Source: Ignavibacteria bacterium
GTDB lineage: Bacteria > Bacteroidota > Ignavibacteria > Kapaibacteriales > Kapaibacteriaceae
Direction: 5' to 3'
NCBI GenBank assembly: GCA_016707005.1
Contig: JADJIQ010000002.1
Coordinates: forward strand, 741,527-805,526
DNA length: 64,000 nucleotides
The notes under the pieces are model-generated. The model was not told the DNA's origin and made no database searches. It saw nothing but the letters and a program-made list of their open reading frames with translations. Positions 38,795 through 48,717 of the stretch are shown here, in pieces. The translations under genes and the position numbers were made by a program. The stretch's first letter is position 1; each line of letters opens with the position of its first letter.

Positions 38795-39448
38795 ATGATC
38801 CAGATCGCCCCTTCCCTCCTCGCTTCAGACCTCCTGCGCATTGGAGACGATGTGCGTGCTTGCGAACGTGCAGGTGCAGACGTGTTGCATGTGGATGTGA
38901 TGGATGGGCACTTTGTTCCTCCCATCACCTTTGGGCCTGCATTTGTTCAGCAGCTCAAGCGCATCACCTCCATGCCGCTTGATGTCCATCTGATGGTGAC
39001 GAACCCCGACCATCAGGTAGAGCAGTTTGCCGAGGCCGGTGCAGATTGGATCAGTGTTCATGCAGAGGTGGCACCACACCTCCATCGCACACTTGCACGG
39101 ATCAAGAGTCACGGCTGCAAAGCCGGCGTTGTGCTCAACCCCGCAACTCCCCTTGAGTATGCCTTTGAGGCAGCCGGAGAATCGGACTTCATCCTCCTCA
39201 TGAGCGTCAACCCCGGATATGGCGGTCAGTCATTCATCCCAAGTTTCCTTACGCGTTGCGAGCGACTCCGCGCATGGCTCGATGCCAATGGTCACAGCAA
39301 CGTTCAGATCGAAGTGGACGGCGGCATCAAGATCGACAATGCACGTCAGGCCGTTGACGCCGGCGCATCGATCCTTGTATCAGGCAGTGGCCTTTTTGCC
39401 GGAGATCTTGGGGCGAATATTGGTGAGATGAAGAAGGTTGTCGCTTAG
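38795..39448 (+). CDS. rpe: ribulose-phosphate 3-epimerase
   Basis: MIQIAPSLLASDLLRIGDDVRACERAGADVLHVDVMDGHFVP matches Rpe. Confidence 0.85.
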   Translation: MIQIAPSLLASDLLRIGDDVRACERAGADVLHVDVMDGHFVPPITFGPAFVQQLKRITSMPLDVHLMVTNPDHQVEQFAEAGADWISVHAEVAPHLHRTLARIKSHGCKAGVVLNPATPLEYAFEAAGESDFILLMSVNPGYGGQSFIPSFLTRCERLRAWLDANGHSNVQIEVDGGIKIDNARQAVDAGASILVSGSGLFAGDLGANIGEMKKVVA

Positions 39449-39515
39449 CTAAGTTGACTTCTCCTTAGCCCTTTTGCATGTTGCATGTCACGTTTCCCTT
39501 CAACGGAGGCACTAC

Positions 39516-39782
39516 ATGATCATGGTCAATATGCACACAGCAAAGTCAACCCTCTCACAGCTCGTAGAGGAAGCTCTCATGGGAGAGGATGTGGTTATTG
39601 CCCGCAACGGCAAGCCCGTCGCAAGGCTTGTGGCTTTCATTCCGGTTGACACATCGAAGCTTCGTCCCATTGGACTTGGGTGCACAGGAGTGCCGTTAAT
39701 CGACAATTCTGAGTTTGAGCTTTTGTCAGCCACAAACCCAGATGTCTACGAAGAGAACCCCAACGATCCGTTGAACGAATGA
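39516..39782 (+). CDS. type II antitoxin, Phd/YefM family
   Basis: MVNMHTAKSTLSQLVEEALMGEDVVIARNGKPVARLV; 4-nt overlap with downstream PIN gene. Confidence 0.7.
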   Translation: MIMVNMHTAKSTLSQLVEEALMGEDVVIARNGKPVARLVAFIPVDTSKLRPIGLGCTGVPLIDNSEFELLSATNPDVYEENPNDPLNE

Positions 39783-40174
39783 ACAAGTCACTTCTCGTTG
39801 ACACTCATACTCTTCTCTGGTACGACGATGAACCAGACAAGCTATCGGGTGCGGTTCGCAAGGTGCTTCGCAACCCCAATGCGACAATATTTGTTTCTCC
39901 TATAAGCCTCTACGAGATCGCTCAGAAGGTGCGTCGCCAATCATTGCCATCGGCAACGCATCTCGTCAACGAGATCCACGTTCGCCTTCGTTTGTATGGG
40001 TTTACTATTCTACCGGTCAATGATCACCATGCACTCCGAGCCGCTAACCTCGATTGGGATCACCGTGATCCATTTGATCGAATGATCGCAGCTCAAGCAC
40101 TCGAAGAACATTGCGTCCTCGTTACAAAGGATGTTGCCTTCGCGGGCGTGAGCGGGCTGAAGACACTTTGGTGA
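39779..40174 (+). CDS. vapC: type II toxin VapC (PIN-domain RNase)
   Basis: LLVDTHTLLWY (Asp1), ...SLYEI..., FDRMIAAQALEEHCVLVTKD (distal acidic residues). Confidence 0.8.
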   Translation: MNKSLLVDTHTLLWYDDEPDKLSGAVRKVLRNPNATIFVSPISLYEIAQKVRRQSLPSATHLVNEIHVRLRLYGFTILPVNDHHALRAANLDWDHRDPFDRMIAAQALEEHCVLVTKDVAFAGVSGLKTLW

Positions 40175-40198
40175 CGGAGCGCTTTACCCCCATGACTA

Positions 40199-40291
40199 CG
40201 TCATGGGCTAGCGAACTTTCGCCCCTACGGGGCTGATCGAATGTTCGCTATTCGCTATTCGCTGCCTCGACTTCGCTCGGCATGACGTTCG
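40199..40291. repeat. perfect 8-bp-stem palindrome (CCCATGAC tac GTCATGGG) followed by TAGCGAAC / hairpin GCCCCtacGGGGC / degenerate TTCGCTA x 5
   Basis: Direct reading between convergent vapC and the 40292 gene. Confidence 0.5.
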
Positions 40292-41107
40292 CTAACGCAG
40301 CATCAGCTCCATCTCATCCCTCGTTGCACTATCCAATCCGCCCCCTACCACTTGGAGGAGGGCGAGAGAGAGGTTGCGGTAGAGATCTCGTTCTTCCGGT
40401 GGGATACTCTCGAACTGACGTCGCACGCCGTCTACATCGCCGCGCATGAGGGGGCCGGTAATGGCAAAGGGGAGATTCTTCTCCAGTGCTTCGGATGCAT
40501 TCTTCAACGTGCGCTGCATGATGGGAATGAGAAAGACATCTGCGGGGATGTCTGCATCATCGGCAAGTCGGCGCGCTAACTCATACGCTGCATAGGTAAA
40601 GTTCGATGCAGCAACTGCAGCTGCATGATATCGGCGCTTCCGCTCATGAGACATGTCGGTCATCAACCACGGGATACCGCCGAGGAGCTCAACGAACTCG
40701 CGCGTACGATGCCACGCCGCATCATCACACTGCACGCCCCATCCTATCGCATCGAGGGCTGACGGATCGTCATTGCCAAATGTTTGGAACGGATGTGCGG
40801 CTGCAGCAAGTGCACCAACATCATGAACGGGGCTTAGCAATTCGGTGCCGAGTGAACCATTGACGTGGAGCACGAGAACGTTCTGAAGGTCGTTGCCGCG
40901 CTTCTCTACGATGCGATCTACCACTGCGCGGAGCACGTCGTCCTTGGTGGCAACGATGATGATGTTGCCGATGGGATCCGTGCTATTGCACCAAGCATCA
41001 AAACCATCCCGACGTACAACAGTAACCGCAACACCACGCTCGTTGAGTCGATGATGGATTGCACCACCAACTCGACCTCGACCAACGATGGTAACGTGCG
41101 TGATCAT
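40292..41107 (-). CDS. Rossmann-fold NAD(P)-binding protein (DUF2520-like putative oxidoreductase)
   Basis: N-terminal VTIVGRGRVGGAI dinucleotide-binding motif; 4-nt overlap with cysS. Confidence 0.5.
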   Translation of the reverse strand: MITHVTIVGRGRVGGAIHHRLNERGVAVTVVRRDGFDAWCNSTDPIGNIIIVATKDDVLRAVVDRIVEKRGNDLQNVLVLHVNGSLGTELLSPVHDVGALAAAAHPFQTFGNDDPSALDAIGWGVQCDDAAWHRTREFVELLGGIPWLMTDMSHERKRRYHAAAVAASNFTYAAYELARRLADDADIPADVFLIPIMQRTLKNASEALEKNLPFAITGPLMRGDVDGVRRQFESIPPEERDLYRNLSLALLQVVGGGLDSATRDEMELMLR

Positions 41108-42564
41108 GCCATTGGTTCGAGTGTGTAGGAGTCCTTCCCATCATTCATCGTCCAGCCAAGAGCAGTTAGCTGCGCACGCAGTCTGTCGCTCTCCGCCCAA
41201 TCCTTGGCCGAACGTGCAGTCCAACGCTGCTCTGCGATAGATGCTACATCATCAGGGATTACGATCACCGGACGATCAGCGATCTCGAAGACTGCAAGGA
41301 CGTCGTTGATCTCCGCGAGGACACCGAGAACAGACGACGCTTCGTCTGGAGTAAGACTTGATGCTGCGTGCTGACCGATGAACGAGAACAACGCCGCAAG
41401 TGCTTTTGGTGTGTGGAGATCGTCAGCAAGTTCGGTGAAGACAGAGGTGCGGAGCTCACTCGCAAGGGCGCTACTCCCGGAACTCGCAGTGGAGCGTTCC
41501 TTCACATCATAGATGTAGTCTTGGATCTTGGTGCGGGCAGCAGAAGCCCCTTTCACTCCATCGAACGTGAAGTTATAGACCGTGCGGTAATGTGCCTGGA
41601 GCATTGCGAAACGTACGTCGAGTGGGTCGATGCCCTTTGCTACAAGGTCTCGCATGGTGTAGAAGTTGCCAAGCGACTTCGACATCTTCTTGCCTTCTAC
41701 TTCGAGGAATTCGTTGTGCACCCAGAACGTTGCTTGGTCGTGCTCGTGATATCCAGCCGTGCACTGCGCAAGTTCATCTTCGTGATGCGGGAAACGCAGG
41801 TCTACACCGCCCGTATGGATATCGAACGGCAATCCAAGAATGTCCTTTGACATCGCAGAGCATTCGATGTGCCATCCCGGACGTCCGGGAAGGTTTGTGC
41901 CGTTAACGTCGTAGTCCCAATACGGTTCGCCTTCCTTGCGCGCCTTCCAAAGAACGAAGTCGCTCACCGACTCACGATCATATTCATCTGCATCAATGCG
42001 CACACCTTCTCGGAAGTGTTCCGTGTCGATGGCAAAGAGTCTGCCATACGCATGATCCTTAGCATAGGCGGCAACATTGAAGTACACGGAGCCATCACTT
42101 GCATACGCATACCCAGCCGCCAGGATATCGTTGATCAGCGCCTGCATCTGCGGGATGTAGTCTGTGGCAAGGGGCTGAGCAGCAAAGTGATCTTTGACGA
42201 TGTTGAACGACGCAAGATCGCGATGAAACTCCTCTGCATAGAACGCCGTGAGCATCTTCAGATTTGCGAGTGCATCTGTGGTTTGTGTGCCCATTTCTGG
42301 TCGCCACTTCTCAGAACCAACTGCGCTATCACGGATCGTTTTGTCATCGATATCTGTGATGTTCATCACCCACGAAACATCAAAGCCCCCTACCACTCGC
42401 AGTGTCCGTTGCAGCAGGTCGGGCAAAAGAAACGCCCGCATGTTTCCAATGTGTGCCACATCATAGACCGTTGGTCCGCACGAGTACATTCGCACACGAG
42501 TAGGGTCTAACGGGCTGAACGCATCAATGCGTTTGGTGAGCGTGTTGAAGAGTCGGATGTTCAT
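41104..42564 (-). CDS. cysS: cysteine--tRNA ligase
   Basis: HIGNMRAF (HIGH), KMSKSLGN, Zn-binding Cys; 486 aa. Confidence 0.9.
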   Translation of the reverse strand: MNIRLFNTLTKRIDAFSPLDPTRVRMYSCGPTVYDVAHIGNMRAFLLPDLLQRTLRVVGGFDVSWVMNITDIDDKTIRDSAVGSEKWRPEMGTQTTDALANLKMLTAFYAEEFHRDLASFNIVKDHFAAQPLATDYIPQMQALINDILAAGYAYASDGSVYFNVAAYAKDHAYGRLFAIDTEHFREGVRIDADEYDRESVSDFVLWKARKEGEPYWDYDVNGTNLPGRPGWHIECSAMSKDILGLPFDIHTGGVDLRFPHHEDELAQCTAGYHEHDQATFWVHNEFLEVEGKKMSKSLGNFYTMRDLVAKGIDPLDVRFAMLQAHYRTVYNFTFDGVKGASAARTKIQDYIYDVKERSTASSGSSALASELRTSVFTELADDLHTPKALAALFSFIGQHAASSLTPDEASSVLGVLAEINDVLAVFEIADRPVIVIPDDVASIAEQRWTARSAKDWAESDRLRAQLTALGWTMNDGKDSYTLEPMA

Positions 42565-42573
42565 GCTGCAAAG

Positions 42574-43440
42574 TTACCCCACCACAAACGATCTCATACT
42601 CACACTGCCAAGATCGATCTGTTCATTGAAGAATGTGAGGCTTTCGTTCTTCTCTGCCATCGATAGGGCGTAGATCATGGGAAGATAGTGTTCATCGGTT
42701 GGGATGGCCATCTGGGCGGCGGTGCCGAGCGAACGATAGTTGGCGAGAGAGGCGATGTCTCGTGATTCAATGAGGCGTTTGGATGTGGCGTCGAACTCCA
42801 GGGCCCAGTCGAAAGGAGCCCCTTCCATCTTCATCCGACGGAGGTTGTGGACGATGTTTCCGCTACCGATAACAAGGACACCCTTGGTTCGCAAGAGTGC
42901 GAGGTCCTTGGCAAGGTCACTGTGCTGCTGGGGTGTGAGATTCACATCGAGACTGAGCTGGAGGACGGGGATGGTGGCCTTGGGATACATGCGCACAAGA
43001 ACCGACCACGTGCCGTGATCCAAACCCCATTCGTGATCGAGCTCGATGGTCTTCTTTGTAAGCTTGGCTATCTCATCAGCAAATGCGGGTGAGCCGGGTG
43101 CAGGATATTGCACGGCGAAGAGTTCATCGGGGAAACCACCGAAGTCGTGGATGGTCTTGGGGTGCTCCATCGCCGTCACCTTGGTCCCGCGCGACTGCCA
43201 ATGTGCACTCACACAGAGAATGGCCTTGGGCATTGGAAGCTCCCTGCCAAACTTCTCCCAGACACGAGCAAACGTGTTGTCGGTGATGGCATTCATCGGA
43301 TTGCCATGTCCCACAAACATCACCGGCATGCGAGGTGTGGAAGGGGCTCCAGCAAACGTCTTAGCAAAGGTTGGGAGATCGAGCATGGATCCTGCTCCAA
43401 TGGTAACGAGTGACGTGATGATGGTGCGACGGTCGATCAC
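42574..43440 (-). CDS. class III extradiol dioxygenase, 4,5-DOPA-dioxygenase (YgiD/LigB) family, with Tat-like N-terminal extension
   Basis: MPVMFVGHGNPMNAI...LCVSAHW family signature; N-terminal MIDRRTIITSLVTIGAGSM resembles twin-arginine signal. Confidence 0.7.
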   Translation of the reverse strand: MIDRRTIITSLVTIGAGSMLDLPTFAKTFAGAPSTPRMPVMFVGHGNPMNAITDNTFARVWEKFGRELPMPKAILCVSAHWQSRGTKVTAMEHPKTIHDFGGFPDELFAVQYPAPGSPAFADEIAKLTKKTIELDHEWGLDHGTWSVLVRMYPKATIPVLQLSLDVNLTPQQHSDLAKDLALLRTKGVLVIGSGNIVHNLRRMKMEGAPFDWALEFDATSKRLIESRDIASLANYRSLGTAAQMAIPTDEHYLPMIYALSMAEKNESLTFFNEQIDLGSVSMRSFVVG

Positions 43441-44675
43441 GAGACCTCAGTGCCTCCGACCCATACACCCCAGACGTGATTGACGCCGAAGTGGTAGACG
43501 ATGTCCTTATACGATGGCACGTCATAGACCACAACATCTGCGAACTTTCCTACTTCGAGCGAACCAAGATCATTGGCAAGTCCGAGCGCAGCCGCACCAT
43601 GCAGCGTTGACGCAACAATGGCTTCCTCAATACTCATTCCCATGTTGATGCAGGAGAGTGAGAGAATGGTCTGCATGTTCTCGGTAAAACACGACCCGGG
43701 ATTACAGTCTGTAGCGAGGGCAACAACTGCCCCCTCATCGATCATCGTCCTTGCATCGGGATATGGGAGTCGGAGCGTATAGGCTGTCCCCGGCAGAAGC
43801 GTACACACAACACCGGCATCACGCAGAGCTTGTATCTCTGTGATGGTACTGTGCTCAAGATGATCGGCACTGATACATCCAACACGTGCAGCCATGGTGG
43901 ATGCACCAACAAGAGCGATTTCATCGGCGTGGATCTTGAGTCGCAACCCATGCTCCCGTGCGGCATTGAGGATGCGCTCTCCTTGAGCTTCGGCAAAGAA
44001 CCCTGCATCAACAAACACATCACAGAACGATGCTGTGCCCTGCTCACGTACACGTGGCAACATTTCGTTGACCACAAGATTCACATAGGCTTCAGGGTCG
44101 TGCTTGTATTCAGGGGGCACAGCATGGGCGCCGAGGAACGTTCCCACAACACGTGCTTCGTGACCCAATTGTAGCTGACCTATGGCGTCGAGGAGTCGGA
44201 GCTCACTCTCAACATCCAACCCATACCCACTCTTGATCTCTGCTGTGGTTGTGCCATGCTGCAGGGCCGACGTGAGGAGTGCATCCCCTACGTCGATGAG
44301 TGATTCAACATCTGCTTCGCGCACGGCACGCATGGTGGTGAGAATACCGCCGCCCTCAGCTGCGATCTCGGCGTACGAAGCACCTGCAAGCCGACGGGCA
44401 AACTCACCGGAACGTGAGCCGGCAAAGACCATGTGTGTATGCGAGTCTACAAACCCAGGCATCACGGTCTTACCCGAACAGTCAACAACCTCGACATCTG
44501 CTGATAGATGCTGTTTTGCTTCCGACGTTGGACCGATCCAAAGGATCCGCTCATCAAAGAGCATGGCGGCATTGGTGAGTTCACCCACATCTCGCATGGA
44601 TGAACCGGTCTTCGACAACGATCCATCAGCACTCACGGTCACCAGCGAGTCGATATTCATCAGAAGGGTCTTCAT
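43437..44675 (-). CDS. hutI: imidazolonepropionase
   Basis: PGFVDSHTHMVFAGSRSGEFARRLAGASYAEIAAEGGGIL matches HutI; 4-nt overlaps both sides. Confidence 0.8.
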   Translation of the reverse strand: MKTLLMNIDSLVTVSADGSLSKTGSSMRDVGELTNAAMLFDERILWIGPTSEAKQHLSADVEVVDCSGKTVMPGFVDSHTHMVFAGSRSGEFARRLAGASYAEIAAEGGGILTTMRAVREADVESLIDVGDALLTSALQHGTTTAEIKSGYGLDVESELRLLDAIGQLQLGHEARVVGTFLGAHAVPPEYKHDPEAYVNLVVNEMLPRVREQGTASFCDVFVDAGFFAEAQGERILNAAREHGLRLKIHADEIALVGASTMAARVGCISADHLEHSTITEIQALRDAGVVCTLLPGTAYTLRLPYPDARTMIDEGAVVALATDCNPGSCFTENMQTILSLSCINMGMSIEEAIVASTLHGAAALGLANDLGSLEVGKFADVVVYDVPSYKDIVYHFGVNHVWGVWVGGTEVS

Positions 44676-45007
44676 GCGTCGTCTCCTTCTGAGCGTTGGT
44701 GTTCTGCGCGAGTACGCGCCTTGGCGAGTTGACGTTCAATGATGAGCTCAGCGATCAGCTCTGGTACGTCCGGCGGGATCGCTGTTGCGAAAATCTCATT
44801 CACCACTGCTTCTTGAACATCGATGCGATAGAGAATGGCCATGAGCTTTTCAGGATTGGCATTCAACAGATGAATGATCCGACTCACAAGTTCTTCGCGG
44901 ATCTGCTGCAGGATGTCGTGCTCCGTGAGCCCATGACCTTCATCGATATCAAAGGCAATGGCGATGCGGTCTGCCGCACTGCGCGCGAGGGCATCAGAGG
45001 ACGTCAC
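44672..45007 (-). CDS. hypothetical protein (111 aa), operon-embedded
   Basis: Overlaps hutI start by 4 nt and the upstream gene stop by 14 nt; no motif. Confidence 0.4.
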   Translation of the reverse strand: MTSSDALARSAADRIAIAFDIDEGHGLTEHDILQQIREELVSRIIHLLNANPEKLMAILYRIDVQEAVVNEIFATAIPPDVPELIAELIIERQLAKARTRAEHQRSEGDDA

Positions 45008-46073
45008 GTCTGCCCTCCGCTCGTAGTGTGGTGACGATCTTCTTCACATCCTGCGCACGGTCCTTGGGACAGATCAACGTTGCATCATTCGTTACCACCA
45101 CGACCAAGTCTTCGATACCAATGGTCGTTACGACATGCGAGCCGCTATGAGCATTGACGATCACCGAACCTTCCGAATCGATCACCACCGACTCACCTTG
45201 CACAACATTGCGATGGTCATCAAGGGGTTGCATACGCTCCAAAGCATCCCACGACCCAACATCATCCCACGGGAAGGAGGCCGGCACAACGAACACGTTC
45301 TTTGCACGCTCCATGATTCCGTAGTCGATGGAGATGTCCGGCATCTCTGCAAAGGTTGCAGCCAAGGAACCTCTGTCTCCCGCAGCGATCGATGCAGCCA
45401 TCACCTCGATCTTTTTTCCTACGTCGGGAAGCAGTGCGAACATTGCTTCACGCAACGTGTTGGTGCGCCAGAAGAACATCCCGCTGTTCCACACATACCG
45501 TCCGCTCAGTACATACTCACGAGCTGTTTCGAAATTTGGTTTCTCTTTGAACGCCGCCACACGCGACACTTCACCTTCAGCGATACGTTCCGCAACGTTG
45601 ATATAGCCATAGCCCGTCTCTGGCCTTGTTGGCGGAATACCCATCGTCACCAACGCATTATGCGTCTCTGCATAGGTCAACGCCGTTGACACATCATTAC
45701 GGAATGCACTAGCATTTCCGATGAAATGATCCGCCGTGAGAACGGCCATTAGTGCATCGCCCCCTTCACGCTGATCGATCACACTGCAGGCCAATGCCAA
45801 ACACGGCGCGGTGTTGCGTTTTGATGGTTCGGCAATGACGTTGTTCGGCGGGAGTTTCGGCAGCGCGTCAATGATCGGCTGTCTCAACACCTCACTCGTG
45901 ATGATCAAGATCCTCTCAAGCGGGATAAGGGGCTCCACACGCGCGATGGCCTCTTCCAACATTGTGATGTCGGGCGAAGTAAGCTTGAGAAGTTGCTTTG
46001 GCCTCTTCATGCGTGAGAGCGGCCAGAAACGTTCGCCGGATCCGCCGGCCATGATGACAACGTAGGAGTTCAT
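44994..46073 (-). CDS. mannose-1-phosphate guanylyltransferase (nucleotidyltransferase domain only)
   Basis: VVIMAGGSGERFWPLSRMKRPKQLL. Confidence 0.8.
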   Translation of the reverse strand: MNSYVVIMAGGSGERFWPLSRMKRPKQLLKLTSPDITMLEEAIARVEPLIPLERILIITSEVLRQPIIDALPKLPPNNVIAEPSKRNTAPCLALACSVIDQREGGDALMAVLTADHFIGNASAFRNDVSTALTYAETHNALVTMGIPPTRPETGYGYINVAERIAEGEVSRVAAFKEKPNFETAREYVLSGRYVWNSGMFFWRTNTLREAMFALLPDVGKKIEVMAASIAAGDRGSLAATFAEMPDISIDYGIMERAKNVFVVPASFPWDDVGSWDALERMQPLDDHRNVVQGESVVIDSEGSVIVNAHSGSHVVTTIGIEDLVVVVTNDATLICPKDRAQDVKKIVTTLRAEGRRDVL

Positions 46074-47053
46074 TGGCGCTCTGCTAGTGTTTCAAGGATC
46101 TGAACCGCGTTTGTTGCAGCCCCTTTTCGAAGATTGTCGGCCACGATCCACATCAAGACGCCGTTCTCAACGGATTCGTCCTTGCGGATACGTCCAACAT
46201 AGACCGGATCCGTATCGTTGGAGACCTTTGGCGTTGGGTAGACGGCATGGACGGGATTGTCCATCACAACGATGCCGGGAGTGGACGAGAGAAGAGCGCG
46301 CACATCAACATCGGTGCATGGACGCAACGTCTCAACCGCTACAGATTCTCCGTGACCGCCCAAGACCGGCACTCGAACACACGTTACGGCAAGGGGCAGA
46401 TCCGGCAGGTGCATGATGCGTCGTGTCTCGCGGATCATCTTTGTTTCTTCTTCCGACGATTCTCCAACACCACCGATGGTGTGGAAGACCGTATTCCCGG
46501 CCAGCGTATGACCGGTGATGCGAACTGTTGGCTCGTTACCGGCAAGTTCTGCATTGAGCTGGTCAAGCCCCTTCTGTCCAGCACCGCTTGGTGTTTGATA
46601 CGTACTCACAACAACACGCTTGAGTCCAAAAGCATCGCTGATCGGTTTCAGAGCAACAACCATCTGGATCGTACTGCAGTTCGGATTGGCGATGATGCCC
46701 TTGTGGAGGAAGGCATCTGAGGCATTCACCTCCGGGACAACCAACGGAACATCTGGGTCCATCCGCCAAGCGCTTGAGTTGTCGATCACCGTGCACCCTG
46801 CGGCCGCAGCTATCGGCGCATATTCCTTGCTAAGAGCACCACCGGCACTGAACAGCGCAACGTCGAGGCCGTTGAAGCTCTCAGGTTTGAGCTCCTTCAC
46901 AACCAGGTCCTGACCACGGAACGGTATCACCGTGCCGGCACTTCTGCCCGAGGCGAGCAAGGTGAGGGAGGAAAGTGGCGTTTCTCGCTCTTCGAGAACG
47001 CGGATCATGGTTCGGCCAACAAGTCCTGTTGCGCCTACGATAGCGATGTTCAT
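46070..47053 (-). CDS. asd: aspartate-semialdehyde dehydrogenase
   Basis: MNIAIVGATGLVGRTMIRVLEER and the catalytic Cys region; start at ATG 47053. Confidence 0.85.
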   Translation of the reverse strand: MNIAIVGATGLVGRTMIRVLEERETPLSSLTLLASGRSAGTVIPFRGQDLVVKELKPESFNGLDVALFSAGGALSKEYAPIAAAAGCTVIDNSSAWRMDPDVPLVVPEVNASDAFLHKGIIANPNCSTIQMVVALKPISDAFGLKRVVVSTYQTPSGAGQKGLDQLNAELAGNEPTVRITGHTLAGNTVFHTIGGVGESSEEETKMIRETRRIMHLPDLPLAVTCVRVPVLGGHGESVAVETLRPCTDVDVRALLSSTPGIVVMDNPVHAVYPTPKVSNDTDPVYVGRIRKDESVENGVLMWIVADNLRKGAATNAVQILETLAERQ

Positions 47054-47082
47054 AGCTGACGAAGATACGGTCACCACTACAT

Positions 47083-47808
47083 TTGCACATGCACCGACTC
47101 TTGCTCGTCGTCCTCTTCGCTACAACCTGCTCCCTCTCGGCACAAGACTGCGGCAACCTCCCATGGGAGGCCAACCTCACGTATCGAGCGAACAGCATCG
47201 AAAGCGCCTTTCTACGGGACATGTCCAAGGTAACCTCCGATGCTCTGCTGCCCCTTGCCATTGGTGTACCGGTTGGACTCTATGTGTACGGCATGATCGC
47301 ACCGGAAGGGAGCAACCTTGCAGACAAACGGTATGCTGCGGAATCCGGACTCCAGACGTTTGTGACCATGGGCCTCACGTATGGCGTTGTGATCGTTCTG
47401 AAGAACGTGATCGACAGACCAAGGCCGTATGAAGCGTATCCCGGATGCATTCAGAACTACCGTAATGATTCCGACGGATCCATGCCTTCCGGACACTCTG
47501 CCGGCTCGGCGGCCCTTGCCACCTCGCTCATTCTCAGATATCCGCAGTGGTATGTGGTAGCCCCTTCCGTTGCCTATGCCCTCTATACCGGTTTTGCCCG
47601 ACTCAATCTTGGCATGCATTATCTCACCGATGTGCTCGTGGGCTACGCAATCGGCATAGGAATCGCGCTTGGTGTGAACGCCCTCAACAATGAGTTGTTT
47701 GACCTGGCCGATCCAATTCTGCCCAATGCCGCTAACTCACAAACGATATTGTTGAACTTCACGCCAACACAGTCCATTCCTGTCTTCTCGATGAGCATCC
47801 CGCTATGA
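47083..47808 (+). CDS. PAP2-family phosphatase
   Basis: KxxxxxxRP (KNVIDRPRP), PSGHS, SRxxxxxHxxxD (ARLNLGMHYLTD). Confidence 0.7.
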   Translation: MHMHRLLLVVLFATTCSLSAQDCGNLPWEANLTYRANSIESAFLRDMSKVTSDALLPLAIGVPVGLYVYGMIAPEGSNLADKRYAAESGLQTFVTMGLTYGVVIVLKNVIDRPRPYEAYPGCIQNYRNDSDGSMPSGHSAGSAALATSLILRYPQWYVVAPSVAYALYTGFARLNLGMHYLTDVLVGYAIGIGIALGVNALNNELFDLADPILPNAANSQTILLNFTPTQSIPVFSMSIPL

Positions 47809-48593
47809 TGCGCCTCGCTACCGTACAGTTCTGTCCCGCGTACAGAGATCCGGATGCCAATACCGACTTCATTGTGGAGACCATTGCCAGTACTGAAGCG
47901 GACGTCATCGTCTTTCCCGAACTCGCCACCAGCGGATATTTCTTTGTCACCCGCGAAGAAGTAGGGGGCATTGCAGAGCCCCTTACCGGACCTCATATCA
48001 CCCGCATCATCAACGCTGCAAAAACTCACGGTCGCATAGTGATCTGCGGTTTTGCTGAGCGTGATGGAGACCGTCTCTTCAACTCAGCGGTGATTGCCGG
48101 ACCGAACATCGAAACACAGGTCTATCGCAAAACGCATCTGTTCTACAAGGAGACGCTGTGTTTTGACGAGGGCGATAGCGGTTTCTCCGTTGTTCATCTA
48201 CCCCATCTCGATTGCAATCTCGGCGTGATGATCTGCTACGACTGGCGTTTTCCTGAAAGTGCCCGGACCCTTGCACTCAAGGGAGCTGACGTGATCGCCT
48301 GCCCATCAAACCTCGTCACCCACATCTGGCGCATGGCCATGCCCGTACGCGCCCTCGAGAACAAGGTCTACCTGGCAGTGGCCAACCGCTACGGCACAGA
48401 ATCCAACACCGAAGAAGACGTCACCTTCAACGGCCAAAGCGTGATCTACTCCTACAACGGAGACGTACTGGCAAGCGCCGATGCAGTTGGCACAACCACA
48501 CTCATCACCGAGATCGACCCCACCGCCACCCGCAACAAGACATTCAATTCTGTTAATGACATCCTTGCCGATCGCCGCCCAGAGAGATACTAG
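47805..48593 (+). CDS. carbon-nitrogen hydrolase (nitrilase superfamily)
   Basis: Glu in FPELATSGY, Lys, Cys in ICYDWRFPE; ATGA overlap with PAP2 gene; stop TAG is first triplet of the downstream repeat. Confidence 0.8.
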   Translation: MMRLATVQFCPAYRDPDANTDFIVETIASTEADVIVFPELATSGYFFVTREEVGGIAEPLTGPHITRIINAAKTHGRIVICGFAERDGDRLFNSAVIAGPNIETQVYRKTHLFYKETLCFDEGDSGFSVVHLPHLDCNLGVMICYDWRFPESARTLALKGADVIACPSNLVTHIWRMAMPVRALENKVYLAVANRYGTESNTEEDVTFNGQSVIYSYNGDVLASADAVGTTTLITEIDPTATRNKTFNSVNDILADRRPERY

Positions 48594-48717
48594 TTACTGG
48601 TTACTAGTTACTGGTTACTAGTTACTTGTAACTGGTAACTGGTAACTACTAACTAGTAACTAGTAACTAGTAACTGGCAACTAGTAACTAGTACTTAGTA
48701 ACTAGTAACTTGCAACT
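48591..48717. repeat. foldback tandem array: TAGTTAC/TGGTTAC x 5 then inverted TNGTAAC x about 13, no cargo
   Basis: Direct reading; centre at about 48626; ends on base before murC ATG; same unit family as array at 26534. Confidence 0.9.
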
